Shown piece by piece: positions 63,784 to 64,000 of a stretch of DNA of 64,000 nucleotides. The notes under the pieces were generated by a model. It was given only the letters and a program-made list of their open reading frames with translations. It had not been told where the DNA came from and searched no databases. Source of the stretch: Macrostomum lignano (lineage: Eukaryota); the NCBI GenBank assembly GCA_002269645.1, contig NIVC01000317.1, positions 62,001 to 126,000 of the forward strand, read 5' to 3'. The first letter of the stretch is position 1. Each line of letters begins with the position of its first letter. A program made the position numbers and the translations under genes.

Positions 63784-64000
63784 GTCCATAATTAGTGTTC
63801 GCAAGGCTGTGAAATAGTCACTGATGGACTCACTATGCTCCTGCTTTCGCTTGCGGAATTTGTACTCTGCACAGACTGGGTTTTGGCTTTTGCTGAATAT
63901 TAACTTCAACTTGCCCATATATTCTTCTAGGCTGCTAGCCTTATTGTCCTAGAGGTTGTGCGCGTATAGGATACGTCTTCCTTCTGAGCCCAGGGACATA
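63784..64000 (-). repeat. Exact duplicate of gag segment 62110-62326
   Basis: 217 nt read as identical up to the window edge. Confidence 0.92.

Overview
Eukaryotic genomic DNA. GC-rich exons, introns filled with minisatellites and (GACA)n tracts resemble the flatworm Macrostomum; this is inference from composition, not confirmed. Positions 1-48.7 kb hold five spliced genes, all on the minus strand, rebuilt by hand from GT/AG sites and reading phase: an M28B/GCPII-like peptidase (runs off the left edge), an orphan single-pass membrane protein, a RING-B-box-NHL protein, a coiled-coil/low-complexity protein with tentative ICE1 similarity and no start codon of its own, and a NALCN auxiliary factor (NALF/FAM155/NLF-1). 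Most long ORFs in the supplied track are satellite artefacts. From about 48.7 kb to the end the sequence is abruptly AT-rich and made of decayed elements. These include a Mag-like Ty3/gypsy element (LTRs, PBS, PPT, 5-bp TSD) with four nested DNA-transposon insertions, foldback elements and a decayed SINE. Strongest leads: (1) a directional C>T/G>A mutation signature at CpG and also CpA/CpT in this block; (2) a P-like non-autonomous transposon family carrying a 28S rRNA helix 69-71 / R2-target look-alike; (3) a gene whose initiator AUG may come from the spliced leader; (4) minisatellites built from full RFX X-box, kappaB-like and CCAAT motifs. No alignments or database searches were run; family calls rest on remembered motifs, and repeat boundaries are approximate.
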